Origin: Candidatus Subterrananammoxibius californiae
GTDB taxonomy: Bacteria > Planctomycetota > Brocadiia > Brocadiales > Subterrananammoxibiaceae
Direction of reading: 5' to 3'
Assembly: GCA_030586555.1 (NCBI GenBank)
Contig: JAURAC010000017.1
Coordinates: 1-64,000, forward strand
DNA length: 64,000 bases
This document shows, piece after piece, positions 19,583 through 29,888 of the stretch (position 1 is its first letter; every line of letters begins with the position of its first letter). Below the pieces are notes generated by a model, which did no database searches, was not told where the DNA came from, and saw only the letters and a list, made by a program, of their open reading frames with translations. The position numbers and the translations under genes were made by a program.

Positions 19583-20161
19583 TTACTTTACTCTAACATT
19601 TACCTTCGCCCAATCAATGTTCTTGAAGAAAGCCTCAATGTAGTCAGCCCTCTTGAGCCCATAATCAATCATGAAGGCATGCTCAAAGACATCCATGATT
19701 AATAACGGCGTGCAACCTGCTGGATGACCAACGTCATGCTCGTTAATCCAGCAGTTCATGAGCCTGCCGCTTGCCGGTTCTTGATAAAGTATAGCCCAAC
19801 CTATCCCGCGCATTGCACCTGTGGACCTGAAGTCCTTTTCCCATGCTTCATAACCTCCAAAAGACTCGGTCATCTTCTTTGTTAGGATGCCTTTTTTGTC
19901 AATTCCCGATTTACCGCCAAGATTTTCGAAGTAAAGTTCGTGAAGCCTCATTCCATTAAACTCCCACCCGAGCCTTCTTTTTAGTTCTGCATACTCCGGC
20001 GTTCCAACCTTGCCATCCTTAAGCATCTGGTCAAGGGTTTCAACAAGTTTATTCGTGTTTGTAACGTACCCTTGATACAGGGTAAAATGATTCTTAAGCA
20101 AAGTCTCACTAAATCCTTGCATCCCAATCAAACTGCCGTAGTCTTTTGCTGTGTAAGCCAT
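19583..20161 (-). CDS. Fe/Mn superoxide dismutase family protein
   Basis: HFTLYQGY, NGMRLHELYF, DVFEHAFMIDY. Confidence 0.9.
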   Translation of the reverse strand: MAYTAKDYGSLIGMQGFSETLLKNHFTLYQGYVTNTNKLVETLDQMLKDGKVGTPEYAELKRRLGWEFNGMRLHELYFENLGGKSGIDKKGILTKKMTESFGGYEAWEKDFRSTGAMRGIGWAILYQEPASGRLMNCWINEHDVGHPAGCTPLLIMDVFEHAFMIDYGLKRADYIEAFFKNIDWAKVNVRVK

Positions 20162-20273
20162 TTTAGTCTCCTTTCCTTATAGTAAATTAAAAATTAAAGA
20201 CCAAAAATCAAAATGACATACCAAAGTCCAAAATTTAAATTTTGATTTTTGATATTTAATATCCATTGTAACG

Positions 20274-20756
20274 TTACAATTCCATCATCCATGGAATATC
20301 TTCGTCAGCAAACCTGATGGTTCTCTCTGAGGCGTACTGATATTCACCCTTAAATTGCTCTACATGGGATTGCTCCATTGTCGCTAACATCTCGAATACC
20401 TTTTTGTGTTCTGGTTCTGTTGTCTTTGATGCTGCATCCTTGTAAAATTTGTATGCACGCTGTTCTGTCTCCACAATTATTCCTATAATATCCTGAAAAT
20501 GCGCCTCCTTTCCTGGTTCCCTAATTTTTACTATTTCTGCATCCGTGGGCTCTGCTGAGATTTGTGGCTCGTGCCCGCAGAGTTCGATGTACCAAGATTT
20601 AAGGAAATCGTAGTGTTTCTGTTCCGTTGCAGCCATTACCTCCAGTTTTAACCTTGCCCCCTTATCGTTCACCTGTAAAGCCATCTTTGAATAGAAATCC
20701 CTCGCTTTTCTTTCTTCTGCAATTGCCTTCTCTATGATTTTAAGAGTCGAGTTCAT
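20274..20756 (-). CDS. Ferritin/rubrerythrin family protein
   Basis: Two E-x4-FY...E-x2-H units. Confidence 0.85.
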   Translation of the reverse strand: MNSTLKIIEKAIAEERKARDFYSKMALQVNDKGARLKLEVMAATEQKHYDFLKSWYIELCGHEPQISAEPTDAEIVKIREPGKEAHFQDIIGIIVETEQRAYKFYKDAASKTTEPEHKKVFEMLATMEQSHVEQFKGEYQYASERTIRFADEDIPWMMEL

Positions 20757-20783
20757 TTTAATCCTCAAGGGTCAGCAAAAGGT

Positions 20784-20887
20784 GTCATTGCGAGTACCCT
20801 CTTCTTGTCATTTTGTCATTGCGAGCGTTAGCGAAGCAATCCCATTTTTGAGATTGCCAAGCCCGCCTCAGGCGGGCTTGCAATGAC
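20784..20887. repeat. GTCATTGCGAG...GCAATGAC palindromic element; related nested copy at about 30305-30418
   Basis: GTCATTGCGAGCGTTAGCGAAGCAATC...GATTGCC..CCCGCCTCAGGCGGG..GCAATGAC. Confidence 0.8.
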
Positions 20888-20890
20888 AGT

Positions 20891-21898
20891 TCAAGGTAAT
20901 GCAGGTGGCGTAATATTTAGCGGTTCGCCAGTCAATGCCTTCATGAATTCTTCCAGGTCTTGCTTTTCCTGCTGGGTGAGATTAAGGCGTTTCATTTCTT
21001 TATCCTTATTAGGGTCCCTGCCACCGCCCTGGTCATAGAATTCTATTACCTCCATAAGCGTGCGCATGAAGCCGTTACGCAAATAAGGCGCCGTTTCTAC
21101 AACACTGCGCAAGGTGGGGGTCTTGAATGCACCCATATCTGCCTCATTCTTTGTTACAGCGTACCTCCCGACATCAGGGGGCTTGTTCGGGTCTAAAGAG
21201 GGAAGACCCAGGTTATGGAACTTATCATCAGTAAAATTTGGTCCGTTGTGGCATACAATGCACCTTGCCTTTTTGTTAAACAGTTTCATGCCCCTTATCG
21301 CAGATTCACTCATAGCGGTTTTGTCACCCTTCATGTATTTATCAAAGGAGCAATTCGTTGAGATGATGGTGCGCTCAAAGGCAGCAATAGCCTTGGCGAT
21401 TACCTCTGAGGTTATTTCCGTTCCAAAGATTTCCTTTGATTGCCTGACATATTCTGGAATTGCACTTAATTCTGCGACAAGCTTGTTTAAATCCTCGTGC
21501 ATTTCAACTGGGTTCTGGACAGGTCCCAATGCCTGTTCCTCTAAAGTTGCTGCCCTGCCGTCCCAGAATTGAAACTTATTGTAAGCTGTGTTATATACGG
21601 TGGGTGTATTCCTTCCACCTTCATCTGTAAGGTCAGGACCTCCTTTTGCAAACGGCTGTCCATTACTGAAGCCGAGGCTGGGAAGATGGCAGGTAGCGCA
21701 ACTTATCTTGTTATTACCTGAAAGCCGAGGGTCAAAATAAAGCTGCTTGCCAAAGTCAATCTTTGCCTGCGTCTGCGGATTATCCGCCGGGATGGGAACA
21801 GGAGTAAGAGGACCTATAGGTGGAAATTTAGGACCGAAGAGGGAAAAAGCGACTAATGATGATGCTATAATGGCTATGAATATCATAATGTACCTCAT
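20891..21898 (-). CDS. Di-heme cytochrome c peroxidase (CCP/MauG family)
   Basis: CATCH, CIVCH, RNTPT, QFWDGRA, FKTPTLR. Confidence 0.92.
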   Translation of the reverse strand: MRYIMIFIAIIASSLVAFSLFGPKFPPIGPLTPVPIPADNPQTQAKIDFGKQLYFDPRLSGNNKISCATCHLPSLGFSNGQPFAKGGPDLTDEGGRNTPTVYNTAYNKFQFWDGRAATLEEQALGPVQNPVEMHEDLNKLVAELSAIPEYVRQSKEIFGTEITSEVIAKAIAAFERTIISTNCSFDKYMKGDKTAMSESAIRGMKLFNKKARCIVCHNGPNFTDDKFHNLGLPSLDPNKPPDVGRYAVTKNEADMGAFKTPTLRSVVETAPYLRNGFMRTLMEVIEFYDQGGGRDPNKDKEMKRLNLTQQEKQDLEEFMKALTGEPLNITPPALP

Positions 21899-21961
21899 AT
21901 ACCTCCTTTCATTAACTACAGGTTATGGGTCATAGGGTTTTTACCCACTGCCTATTACCTA

Positions 21962-22312
21962 TCACCTACGACCTCTTTTTGATGCAAACGACCTAACAAA
22001 TTTTGCCACAGCCATCATCTCTTCAGGAGTAAGTTCACCCTTCCAGCTTGGCATCTTTCCCTTGCCGTAAGTTATGGCGTGCAAAAATTCAGTATCACTT
22101 ACCCAGTCTTGCCAGCTTGCATCCGTAAAATCAGGAACCCCAAGTGCCTTTCCACGCGTAGTTCCCTTACCATCTTCGCCATGACATTTCTCACAATTAT
22201 TCCTGTATACCTTGATTGCATCAATCTTGCCAGCGCTTTCTCCAGGAAAAGAAAACACAAAGAAAAGAAATATTGGAATGGTAATGAAAAACGTTAATTT
22301 TTTTGATTCCAT
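21962..22312 (-). CDS. Monoheme cytochrome c
   Basis: Signal peptide, CEKCH, KMPSW. Confidence 0.9.
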   Translation of the reverse strand: MESKKLTFFITIPIFLFFVFSFPGESAGKIDAIKVYRNNCEKCHGEDGKGTTRGKALGVPDFTDASWQDWVSDTEFLHAITYGKGKMPSWKGELTPEEMMAVAKFVRSFASKRGRR

Positions 22313-22412
22313 GGAGTAGTCCTCAAGGGTTAAAAGCACGTTCTACCGAACGTGCTTTTTACCAACCATTTTCCCTTGTTCTCAAGGTAATCATCAAGAA
22401 AAAATATACGAG

Positions 22413-22778
22413 TTATTTCTTCTTAGAAAATGCCCTGACAAATGGTATGAGCGCCTTTATCTCCTCCTGGGTCAGCTTATCACCAAAACCAAACATTCTT
22501 TTGTCTTCGCCTGGCTTAAGGTTCTGCGAACCTTCGTTAATCTGTTTCATCATCTGCTCATCCGTTATAGTAGCTTCCCACTTTGAATCGGTAAAATCCC
22601 TGGCACCAAGCCCCTCGCCTAAGAAGGTCTTACCCTTGCCATCATCTCCATGGCATAGCTTGCAATGCTTCTCAAAAAGAGCTTTTGCATCTATTTCGGC
22701 AAATGACTCAGCAACTCTAAAGGATACGAAAAAGGCAAAAACAGTTATTGTAATACATATTAGATAAAGTTTCTTCAT
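22413..22778 (-). CDS. Monoheme cytochrome c (paralog)
   Basis: Signal peptide, CKLCH, RMFGF; DFTD..W shared with its neighbour. Confidence 0.9.
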   Translation of the reverse strand: MKKLYLICITITVFAFFVSFRVAESFAEIDAKALFEKHCKLCHGDDGKGKTFLGEGLGARDFTDSKWEATITDEQMMKQINEGSQNLKPGEDKRMFGFGDKLTQEEIKALIPFVRAFSKKK

Positions 22779-23008
22779 TTTTAAATTCTCCTTTTCATAA
22801 ACACAAAATCCTATTACCCGAATACAAAATTACAATTTTTGTGCTTAAGCTCTTATGGGTATCACCTCCTTATCTACCTTTATCGCATTTACCGGGCGTT
22901 CAGGTGAAAAGTAACTCCTTCGAACTCGCTTTTCACCCTCCGCATCTTTTCGGTTTAACTACGTTGTTGGATGTTAAATCTAACTTTTAAGATTCAAAAA
23001 TTATACCA

Positions 23009-25018
23009 CTAAATTTTAAGCCCCGACTCGAATCCCTCATGCACTGCTTCAAAGGCCGTTCTAACATTAACACAATCACCTACAGCGTACACCTCTGGAA
23101 TTCTCCTGTTAAGTTGAGAGTCGAGTTTTTTATCAGGTACATAGCCAACAGCAATTACCACCGTATCAGCCTTGATGAACTGCTTCTTACCGTTCCTTTC
23201 GATAGTTATTCCCGACCCTCGACTCCCGGACTCTATTTCCTTTACCTTTACATTGGTTAAGGATTTTACTCCCGCCTCTTCCATCTCCTTAAGTATCACC
23301 CATCTGGTTGATGGCCCAAAGCCACCGCCAATCCTGGGTTTCATTTCAAGCACAGTAATATTCTTTTGTCCCCTCGTTACGTGCTTTATTACCGTTCGCT
23401 TGTCAAGTACATTGTGCCTTAAAAGGAACATCGCAACTTCGGGAGACATAGCGCCCATCCTGGCGATATGCAAAGCAGTCTCACAGCCTACCGTCCCGCC
23501 ACCAATGATAACAACATCTTTACCGACCCCGGCAGTACCATTAAGCACATCCTGTGCAAGGCAAACATTTTTCCCTTCTATCCCTGAAATATCAGGGATA
23601 ATCGGCTTTGAACCCACTGCAATAACTAAGGCATCCGGGTTTTCGCTAACAATAGTACGAATGTCTGCTTTATTTTGAAGATTTATTTTTACCCCTATTT
23701 TTTTTATTTGTGTCTCAAGAAAGTTGATGACGTTCTGGAATTCTTCGCGCCCTGGTGGAATCCAGGCATATTTGAGTTGACCACCTAATTTGTCGTCCTT
23801 TTCATACAACGTAACACTGTGTCCTCTCAGCGCGGCTACCCTCGCTGCCTCCATTCCTGCAGGACCGCCCCCGATTACTAATACCTTTTTCTTTTGTTTT
23901 GCAAGTCTTATCTTATATTCCCCCTCCTTTCCAGCCTGTGCATTATAAAGGCAAGAAACAGGACGGAGTTTCAGAACATTATCAAAACAGCCCTGATTGC
24001 AAGCTATGCATGTCCTTATATCTTCAACTTTGCCGAGCCTGTATTTATTTGGCATTTCAGGGTCGGCGATTAATGGCCTTCCAAGCGAGATTAAATCTGC
24101 CTGCTCATTTGCAATGATTTCTTCAGCAAGTGAGAGATTGTTTATCCTTATAGAACCTATCACTGGAACGCTGGTGTTCTGCTTTATTGATTCGGCAAGA
24201 AATATGTATGGCATTCTCGGGATTGCCATAAGCATTATTGGCGTCGTACTTTCATGCCAGCCGGGGGAAACATTGAAGGCATCCACACCAACCTTTTCAA
24301 GTTCCTTAGCTATAATAATATTTTCCTCAATCCTATTACTACCAGCCACAAGGTCATCACCCGGAATACGGAAGATGATAGGAAACTCTCTGCCTACCTT
24401 TTTCTTTACCGCAATAATTACTTCTCTGGCAAAATTGATTCTTTTTTGTAGTGTGCCGCCATATCGGTCTTTTCGTTTGTTTGTAATTGGGGAAAGGAAT
24501 TGATTGATAAGGTATCCCATCCCGCCGTGAATTTCAATGGCATCAAAGCCCGCCTTCTTCGCTCTGAGTGAGGCTGAGGCATACCCCTCGATTACCTTCT
24601 TTATCTCTGCTTGGGTTAGCACATGTGGCACTTCTTTACTGAGTCTGCCTGTAACATTTGAGGGGGCAACGGGCTGCATCTTGGTAAAGAAAGAAAGGGC
24701 ATCTCTTCCAGCATGCAGGATTTGTGCTGCTATCCGAGCCTTGTGTTTATGAACTGCATCCGTCAATCTTCTGAGGTCAGGGATAAATTCGTCATTTTCA
24801 AGGCTGATTATGCTTTTCCATACCTTGCCATTCAACTCAGGATAACAACCGCCGACAACGATTAAACCCACCCCACCCTTTGCCCGCTCCCTGTAGAAAT
24901 CAATTAGCCTGTCGTTGACACGACCATTGGTTGTAAAGCCGAGGTCCATAGCAGACATGGCAATCCTGTTTTTCAGCTCAAGCGAACCGATTTTTATCTT
25001 TTCAAATAATCTTTTCAT
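23009..25018 (-). CDS. fadH: NADPH-dependent 2,4-dienoyl-CoA reductase-like old yellow enzyme
   Basis: EIHGGMGYLINQFLSP, CIACNQGC, GGGPAGMEAA. Confidence 0.8.
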   Translation of the reverse strand: MKRLFEKIKIGSLELKNRIAMSAMDLGFTTNGRVNDRLIDFYRERAKGGVGLIVVGGCYPELNGKVWKSIISLENDEFIPDLRRLTDAVHKHKARIAAQILHAGRDALSFFTKMQPVAPSNVTGRLSKEVPHVLTQAEIKKVIEGYASASLRAKKAGFDAIEIHGGMGYLINQFLSPITNKRKDRYGGTLQKRINFAREVIIAVKKKVGREFPIIFRIPGDDLVAGSNRIEENIIIAKELEKVGVDAFNVSPGWHESTTPIMLMAIPRMPYIFLAESIKQNTSVPVIGSIRINNLSLAEEIIANEQADLISLGRPLIADPEMPNKYRLGKVEDIRTCIACNQGCFDNVLKLRPVSCLYNAQAGKEGEYKIRLAKQKKKVLVIGGGPAGMEAARVAALRGHSVTLYEKDDKLGGQLKYAWIPPGREEFQNVINFLETQIKKIGVKINLQNKADIRTIVSENPDALVIAVGSKPIIPDISGIEGKNVCLAQDVLNGTAGVGKDVVIIGGGTVGCETALHIARMGAMSPEVAMFLLRHNVLDKRTVIKHVTRGQKNITVLEMKPRIGGGFGPSTRWVILKEMEEAGVKSLTNVKVKEIESGSRGSGITIERNGKKQFIKADTVVIAVGYVPDKKLDSQLNRRIPEVYAVGDCVNVRTAFEAVHEGFESGLKI

Positions 25019-25024
25019 TCCTGA

Positions 25025-25244
25025 TTATTCTTTTAACCATTCTTCCCTGCTTACTTCTGCCTGTTTTAATAACCGTCTCAAGAAACCTACACCAATATCA
25101 CCCTCATGTTCATTAGGTATAATTAGTGTCAATTTCCCACGCTTCATTTTAGGATGCTTCCCGCCAAAGAAAGGACCCGCAAAACCAAGTTTTTGCAATT
25201 TTCTGACAAATTCTTTCCATAGAAACAGGGGAGAGTTTTGACAT
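25025..25244 (-). pseudogene. hicA: HicA toxin with a +1 frameshift
   Basis: MSKLSPVS, one extra base, then WKEFVRKLQKLGFAGPFFGGKHPKM..IIPNEH.GDI; span is 220 nt (3n+1). Confidence 0.8.
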
Positions 25245-25246
25245 AT

Positions 25247-25492
25247 TTATACCGATGTCAACAGTTTATTCAAGTCAATATTACCCACGACAGGCAGTTC
25301 AAGGTTATTTTTAAGGCGGAATATCAACCATTCTTCAAGAGCATCTTTAAGCCATTTTCGACATTCCTCCAGCGTTTCTGCTCTACCCCACACACCCTGA
25401 AAATCTGGTATTTCACCCCAGAATGTTCCCTCATCCTCTATAATTTCATAGTGAGCTAATTTCATAGCCTCTTCTATATATTCTGTAAGCAT
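25247..25492 (-). CDS. hicB: HicB antitoxin
   Basis: MLTEYIEEAM..AHYE, GEIPDFQGVW, TLEEC..L.DALEEW. Confidence 0.88.
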   Translation of the reverse strand: MLTEYIEEAMKLAHYEIIEDEGTFWGEIPDFQGVWGRAETLEECRKWLKDALEEWLIFRLKNNLELPVVGNIDLNKLLTSV

Positions 25493-25694
25493 TTTGACCT
25501 CCTAATTTTTTCTTTTCAAACAATCTTTTCATTTCTCATCCCTGTACAAGGAAGTGAAACGGAAAAAGTAAGACGGTAGACGAGCTTTTTCGTCTTACAT
25601 CTCACGTCTCACGTTTTACTTCTTACTTCTGTCAACCCTTCCTCATAATAAACAAGTCTCTCTGTGCCTCTGTGTTTCAATTTGCATTTTGCAC

Positions 25695-27020
25695 CTAACA
25701 AAATCTTTGTATAACCAAACAGGCGTTGTTTCCCAAATAATCGAGGGAATTAATGAGCACAGTATTCAATTGCACGGATAAACGAGTTTGTCCATGCCAC
25801 CCTACAAAATTCAAATCGCATTCTGGGTCTCTTTGAAATGTGGATTGCGGATTGTGGAATTCGGAATTAAAATGTCTACCTTCTTGCATTCCGCATTCCG
25901 CATTCTCCATTCCCCATTCAGGATACATGGGGGGGGCAATGCCGTCCCTTATTGCTAACACAGCTGAAGCCATTTGCATGGCGCCTGAGGCGCCGTAAGG
26001 TTCGCCTGTCATGCCTTTAATAGAATTTACCAACGGAGGTTCTTCACAGTTTCTGAATACCTCCTGAATTGCCTTTGCTTCGATTAAATCAACTACCTTA
26101 CTCGAATTGCCATTTGCGCTTATTAGATTAACTTTTTCAGGGGATAAACCTGCTTCTTCAATTGCTTCGGTCATAGGTTTTCCAGCCTTATCGAGCCTTT
26201 GTCTGAAAGAACCGCTTTTTCTGCCAGCATTGGTACATGCGTATCCTTTGACCTCAGCATAAATTCTTACACCGCGGCTTCTGGCAAACTCCAGTTCCTC
26301 CATGACAAAGACGTAAGCCCCTTCACTCATGATAAAGCCGCTGCGTCTCTCATCAAACGGCATACTAATCTCGCCGGACTTACCATCTGAGCCTGCTAAA
26401 AGTTTTTGCATATAAAATATAACATAAGCGTCGAGAGAGATTTGTTCCACGCCGCCAGTTATTATGATATCTGCTTTACCATTTTGTATCAAGTTATAAG
26501 CATTACCAATGGCATCAGTGCTTGAGATAAAGCCTGAAGAAATTGTGCGTGCAGGGCCTTTTATCTTAAAGAAAACAGAAGCAAAATTAATTGAAGAATT
26601 TAGCGCCACATCATAGCTCGCCATTGGCAGCAGTTCGGAAGGGTTGTTTCGGACTATATCGTATGTATAATCTGTGGTTTCGGAATAATTACCGAGGGCT
26701 GAGCCTATGATTATACCTGTTCTACATTCGAGTTGAGAGTCGAGGGTCGTGAGTCCAGAGTCTTGAAGGGCAAGCTTTATGGCTGAGGCAAGGAATTTTG
26801 TGCCCTTGGTAAGGTACTTGATTCCCTTATTCCCAATGTATTGTTCAGTTTGAAGGTTTTTAACCTCCACCCCCATTTTGCATTTATAGTTTGTGGTATC
26901 AATACAGGTAATAGGGGAAATGCCAGACCTGCCATCAATCAAGTTCTTCCAGAACTCCTCGTGCCCAAACCCAAGGGGGGAGATTATGCCTATTCCTGTT
27001 ATGACAGCGCGTTTCTTCAT
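25695..27020 (-). CDS. Ketosynthase-like protein lacking catalytic residues (chain-length-factor-like)
   Basis: FabF fold (VITGIGIISPLG, PFDERRSG) but ISSGFISS, SANGNS and GEPYGA at the Cys/His/His positions. Confidence 0.8.
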   Translation of the reverse strand: MKKRAVITGIGIISPLGFGHEEFWKNLIDGRSGISPITCIDTTNYKCKMGVEVKNLQTEQYIGNKGIKYLTKGTKFLASAIKLALQDSGLTTLDSQLECRTGIIIGSALGNYSETTDYTYDIVRNNPSELLPMASYDVALNSSINFASVFFKIKGPARTISSGFISSTDAIGNAYNLIQNGKADIIITGGVEQISLDAYVIFYMQKLLAGSDGKSGEISMPFDERRSGFIMSEGAYVFVMEELEFARSRGVRIYAEVKGYACTNAGRKSGSFRQRLDKAGKPMTEAIEEAGLSPEKVNLISANGNSSKVVDLIEAKAIQEVFRNCEEPPLVNSIKGMTGEPYGASGAMQMASAVLAIRDGIAPPMYPEWGMENAECGMQEGRHFNSEFHNPQSTFQRDPECDLNFVGWHGQTRLSVQLNTVLINSLDYLGNNACLVIQRFC

Positions 27021-27070
27021 AAACCAAAAATCGGTATGCACGGACAAACAACTTTGTCCGTGCCACCCTT

Positions 27071-28279
27071 CTATAACCCACCAAAAATGATAGCAACATT
27101 ATTCCCACCAAAGGCAAAGGAGTTGTTCATCACGTATTTGACCTTTAATTCTCTTGCCTTGTTGGGCACGCAGTCAATATCGCACTCTGGGTCGGGTGTT
27201 TCATAGTTAATTGTTGGTGGAATAACGCCATCCCTTATGGTTAAACAGCATGCTACTGATTCTATGGCGCTTGCTGCGCCCATAGTATGACCAATCATGG
27301 ATTTTATAGAGCTGCATGGAATCTCTTTTGCCCGTTCCTTGAACACCGCTTTTACTGCCAACGTTTCCATCTTGTCATTTAATGGCGTTCCTGTACCGTG
27401 GGCATTGACATAATCTACATCCTTATAGGAAAGCCCTGATGCTGACAAGGCTAAGTTTGCTGCCCTTATAGCGCCATCCCCATCAGGATGCGGGGCAGTC
27501 ATGTGGTAGCCATCACTGCTCATGCCATAGCCCATCATCTCCGCATATATATTGGCGCCACGTTTAGAGGCAAACTCCATACTCTCTAAAACCATCATAC
27601 CTGCGCCTTCCCCAATCATCAGTCCCTGCCTATTTTTATCAAATGGCTGGCATCTTTCAGGTGCAAGAGATTTTAGGTTATGGAAGTGAGTGAACTCCGT
27701 TTGGGGGATGAGTTCGCCGCCGCCTACAAGCACAGCATCCGCCTTGCCCATCTGAATGAGGTCATAAGCCCATGCAATGGCGTGATTGCCTGATGAGCAG
27801 GCGTTTATCATTATAAGGCTGGGACCCTCGATGCCAAAATCCTCTGCTAAGGATGACGTTATGGAAGATGGCGGGTATATCGCTGCAACATCCGTATCAA
27901 AACCATTAGCTTTATTTTGATGGTTTACCCTTAGCAAGTCCTCGAACACGGGTAGTTCTGCCGCAAGGGTTCCAACAGCAATTCCGAATCTTTCACGATT
28001 AATATCCCCGCCAGAAATTGGGATACCGCTATCTTCAAGCGCCTCTTTGGCGGCTAAATATGTGTATTTATAGATTGTGTTGCGCTTGATATTATTCTCT
28101 GGAAACTTGCAGGACTCAAGACTTCTTACCTGACATGCACGGTGTACCCTGTATTTAGAGGTATCAAAGTAGGTTACTTCGGTGGCGCCATCCTTGCCGT
28201 TAACCATCGAATTCCAGCTTTCTTTAACTCCGATACCAATTGGGGTAACCAACCCAAGTCCAGTAACAACTACACGCAT
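27071..28279 (-). CDS. fabF: Beta-ketoacyl-ACP synthase II
   Basis: NACSSG, NAHGTGT, KSMIGHTMGA, SFAFGGNN. Confidence 0.92.
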   Translation of the reverse strand: MRVVVTGLGLVTPIGIGVKESWNSMVNGKDGATEVTYFDTSKYRVHRACQVRSLESCKFPENNIKRNTIYKYTYLAAKEALEDSGIPISGGDINRERFGIAVGTLAAELPVFEDLLRVNHQNKANGFDTDVAAIYPPSSITSSLAEDFGIEGPSLIMINACSSGNHAIAWAYDLIQMGKADAVLVGGGELIPQTEFTHFHNLKSLAPERCQPFDKNRQGLMIGEGAGMMVLESMEFASKRGANIYAEMMGYGMSSDGYHMTAPHPDGDGAIRAANLALSASGLSYKDVDYVNAHGTGTPLNDKMETLAVKAVFKERAKEIPCSSIKSMIGHTMGAASAIESVACCLTIRDGVIPPTINYETPDPECDIDCVPNKARELKVKYVMNNSFAFGGNNVAIIFGGL

Positions 28280-28332
28280 AGCATTTGTTCCTTATTGTAG
28301 TAGGCGACTAAAAGGTATGTGATGGCAACAAC

Positions 28333-28391
28333 AGGTAGACAACGAACTTTATGTTCGTTGAATCAACGAGGTAAAACCTCGTTGTCTACCT
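28333..28391. repeat. 59-bp branched double-hairpin repeat; second copy at 38937-38995
   Basis: AGGTAGACAACG(A/G)ACTTTATGT(T/C)CGTTGAATCAACGAGGTAAAACCTCGTTGTCTACCT. Confidence 0.9.
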
Positions 28392-29888
28392 CATTATGCT
28401 TCCTGTCTCGGCAAAATTAAGTGGTACTTTTTGCTCAAACGAACAGGACGCATTTTTTTCGATATACTGCTTTAATGCGGCGTCATAGACCCCGGAATCC
28501 CTCAACTCCTTAACATTTGCAATCAGATGGCTAAATACGTTTTGCCAGTCGAGATTAACCCGAAAGGCAAAAAGTGCAGAGTTCATGTTATTCAAAACGG
28601 CCTTTGAGTTCTGAAACCTCTTGCGAAGCGCCTCGGTTGAGTAAAGCTTTTCATACACAAGCTCAAGACCGTCAATAAGCTCCTGGATGGACATTTTTTT
28701 CAAAATATAGGTAAGGTGGTGGGACGTGTAATAAATCCAGTCTTCAGGGAAATTATTGCGGAAGATTCTGCCTTCCTTCGTCAGTCTCTTATATAAATCA
28801 GTGTTAATAAATGGGCAAAGTATGCCGCATGTCATTACATCAATGTTTGTATCAAGCACAAATTTTGCAACCGATTCGAATGTCTCAATTGTGTCTGTAT
28901 CGTTGCCAAATACGAATGTACCCCAGACGGCAATGCCGTGTTTTCTTATGTTGGCAATGGCTTCATGATATTTTTCAATGGTAATTCTGAGGTTAACGTT
29001 TTTGTGCATGGTCTTGAGTGCGTCCTCATTTATTGATTCGATGCCGATAAGTACACCTACGCATCCACTCTTAACCATGTAGTCAAGCGTTTCGTCATCT
29101 TTAAAAATATTAAGGGATGTAAAGCCGAACCAGTTTTGATAAATACCTCGCTCAACCATGCCCTTGAACAGTTCCCTTACCCGCTCATTAGACTTCTTGC
29201 TGTGGCCATAGAAATTTTCATCGGTGAGCACAAGTCCTCGATACTGCCCTTTTATGCTTTCTAACTCATTAAGGACATCCTCAATGGGCCTTTCCCTGTA
29301 TTTTTTCCCCTGGAATTGGGGAACAGAGCAGAACTCGCAATGGAAGGGGCATCCTGCGGTGGTGATAATGCCTGAGTATCTGTATTTGTATTTCTTTTTC
29401 AGATATTGCCTGTCAGGGAAAATATCCTTATAGGTTTCAAGCGGAGTTAATCCGCCATCGTATTGTTTCTGAAGGCAATTATTTTCAAAATCGGATATTA
29501 TCCTTTCCCATATCTTAATAGCTTCCCTTATTATGACTGTGTCAACATGCTTAGCAGCCTCTTCGGGATAACTTGTCGTATGGACGCCACCCATGATTAC
29601 TGGTATCCCATTCTTGCGGCATGCCTCGGCAATCTTATATGCCCTGTGCGCCTGATAGCTCACGGATGTGATGCCAACAAGGTCTGCCCCTGCAACAGCA
29701 GGGGCTGGGTGTTCATCGTTCTCGTCGAGGGCTGATTCGCTCGTTTCGTCTATAATATCAACTTGCCAATGTTTTGGGGTTACTGTTGCAAGATAAGCCA
29801 GATTTACCGGCATCTGATTTAATACGGATACGTTTTCTTCCCCAACATTGCCCTTTGGATGGGGATTAATTAGAACCAATCGTTTCAT
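28386..29888 (-). CDS. B12-binding radical SAM protein
   Basis: DLVGIT, VIMGGVH, GCPFHCEFC, IGIES. Confidence 0.92.
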   Translation of the reverse strand: MKRLVLINPHPKGNVGEENVSVLNQMPVNLAYLATVTPKHWQVDIIDETSESALDENDEHPAPAVAGADLVGITSVSYQAHRAYKIAEACRKNGIPVIMGGVHTTSYPEEAAKHVDTVIIREAIKIWERIISDFENNCLQKQYDGGLTPLETYKDIFPDRQYLKKKYKYRYSGIITTAGCPFHCEFCSVPQFQGKKYRERPIEDVLNELESIKGQYRGLVLTDENFYGHSKKSNERVRELFKGMVERGIYQNWFGFTSLNIFKDDETLDYMVKSGCVGVLIGIESINEDALKTMHKNVNLRITIEKYHEAIANIRKHGIAVWGTFVFGNDTDTIETFESVAKFVLDTNIDVMTCGILCPFINTDLYKRLTKEGRIFRNNFPEDWIYYTSHHLTYILKKMSIQELIDGLELVYEKLYSTEALRKRFQNSKAVLNNMNSALFAFRVNLDWQNVFSHLIANVKELRDSGVYDAALKQYIEKNASCSFEQKVPLNFAETGSIMR

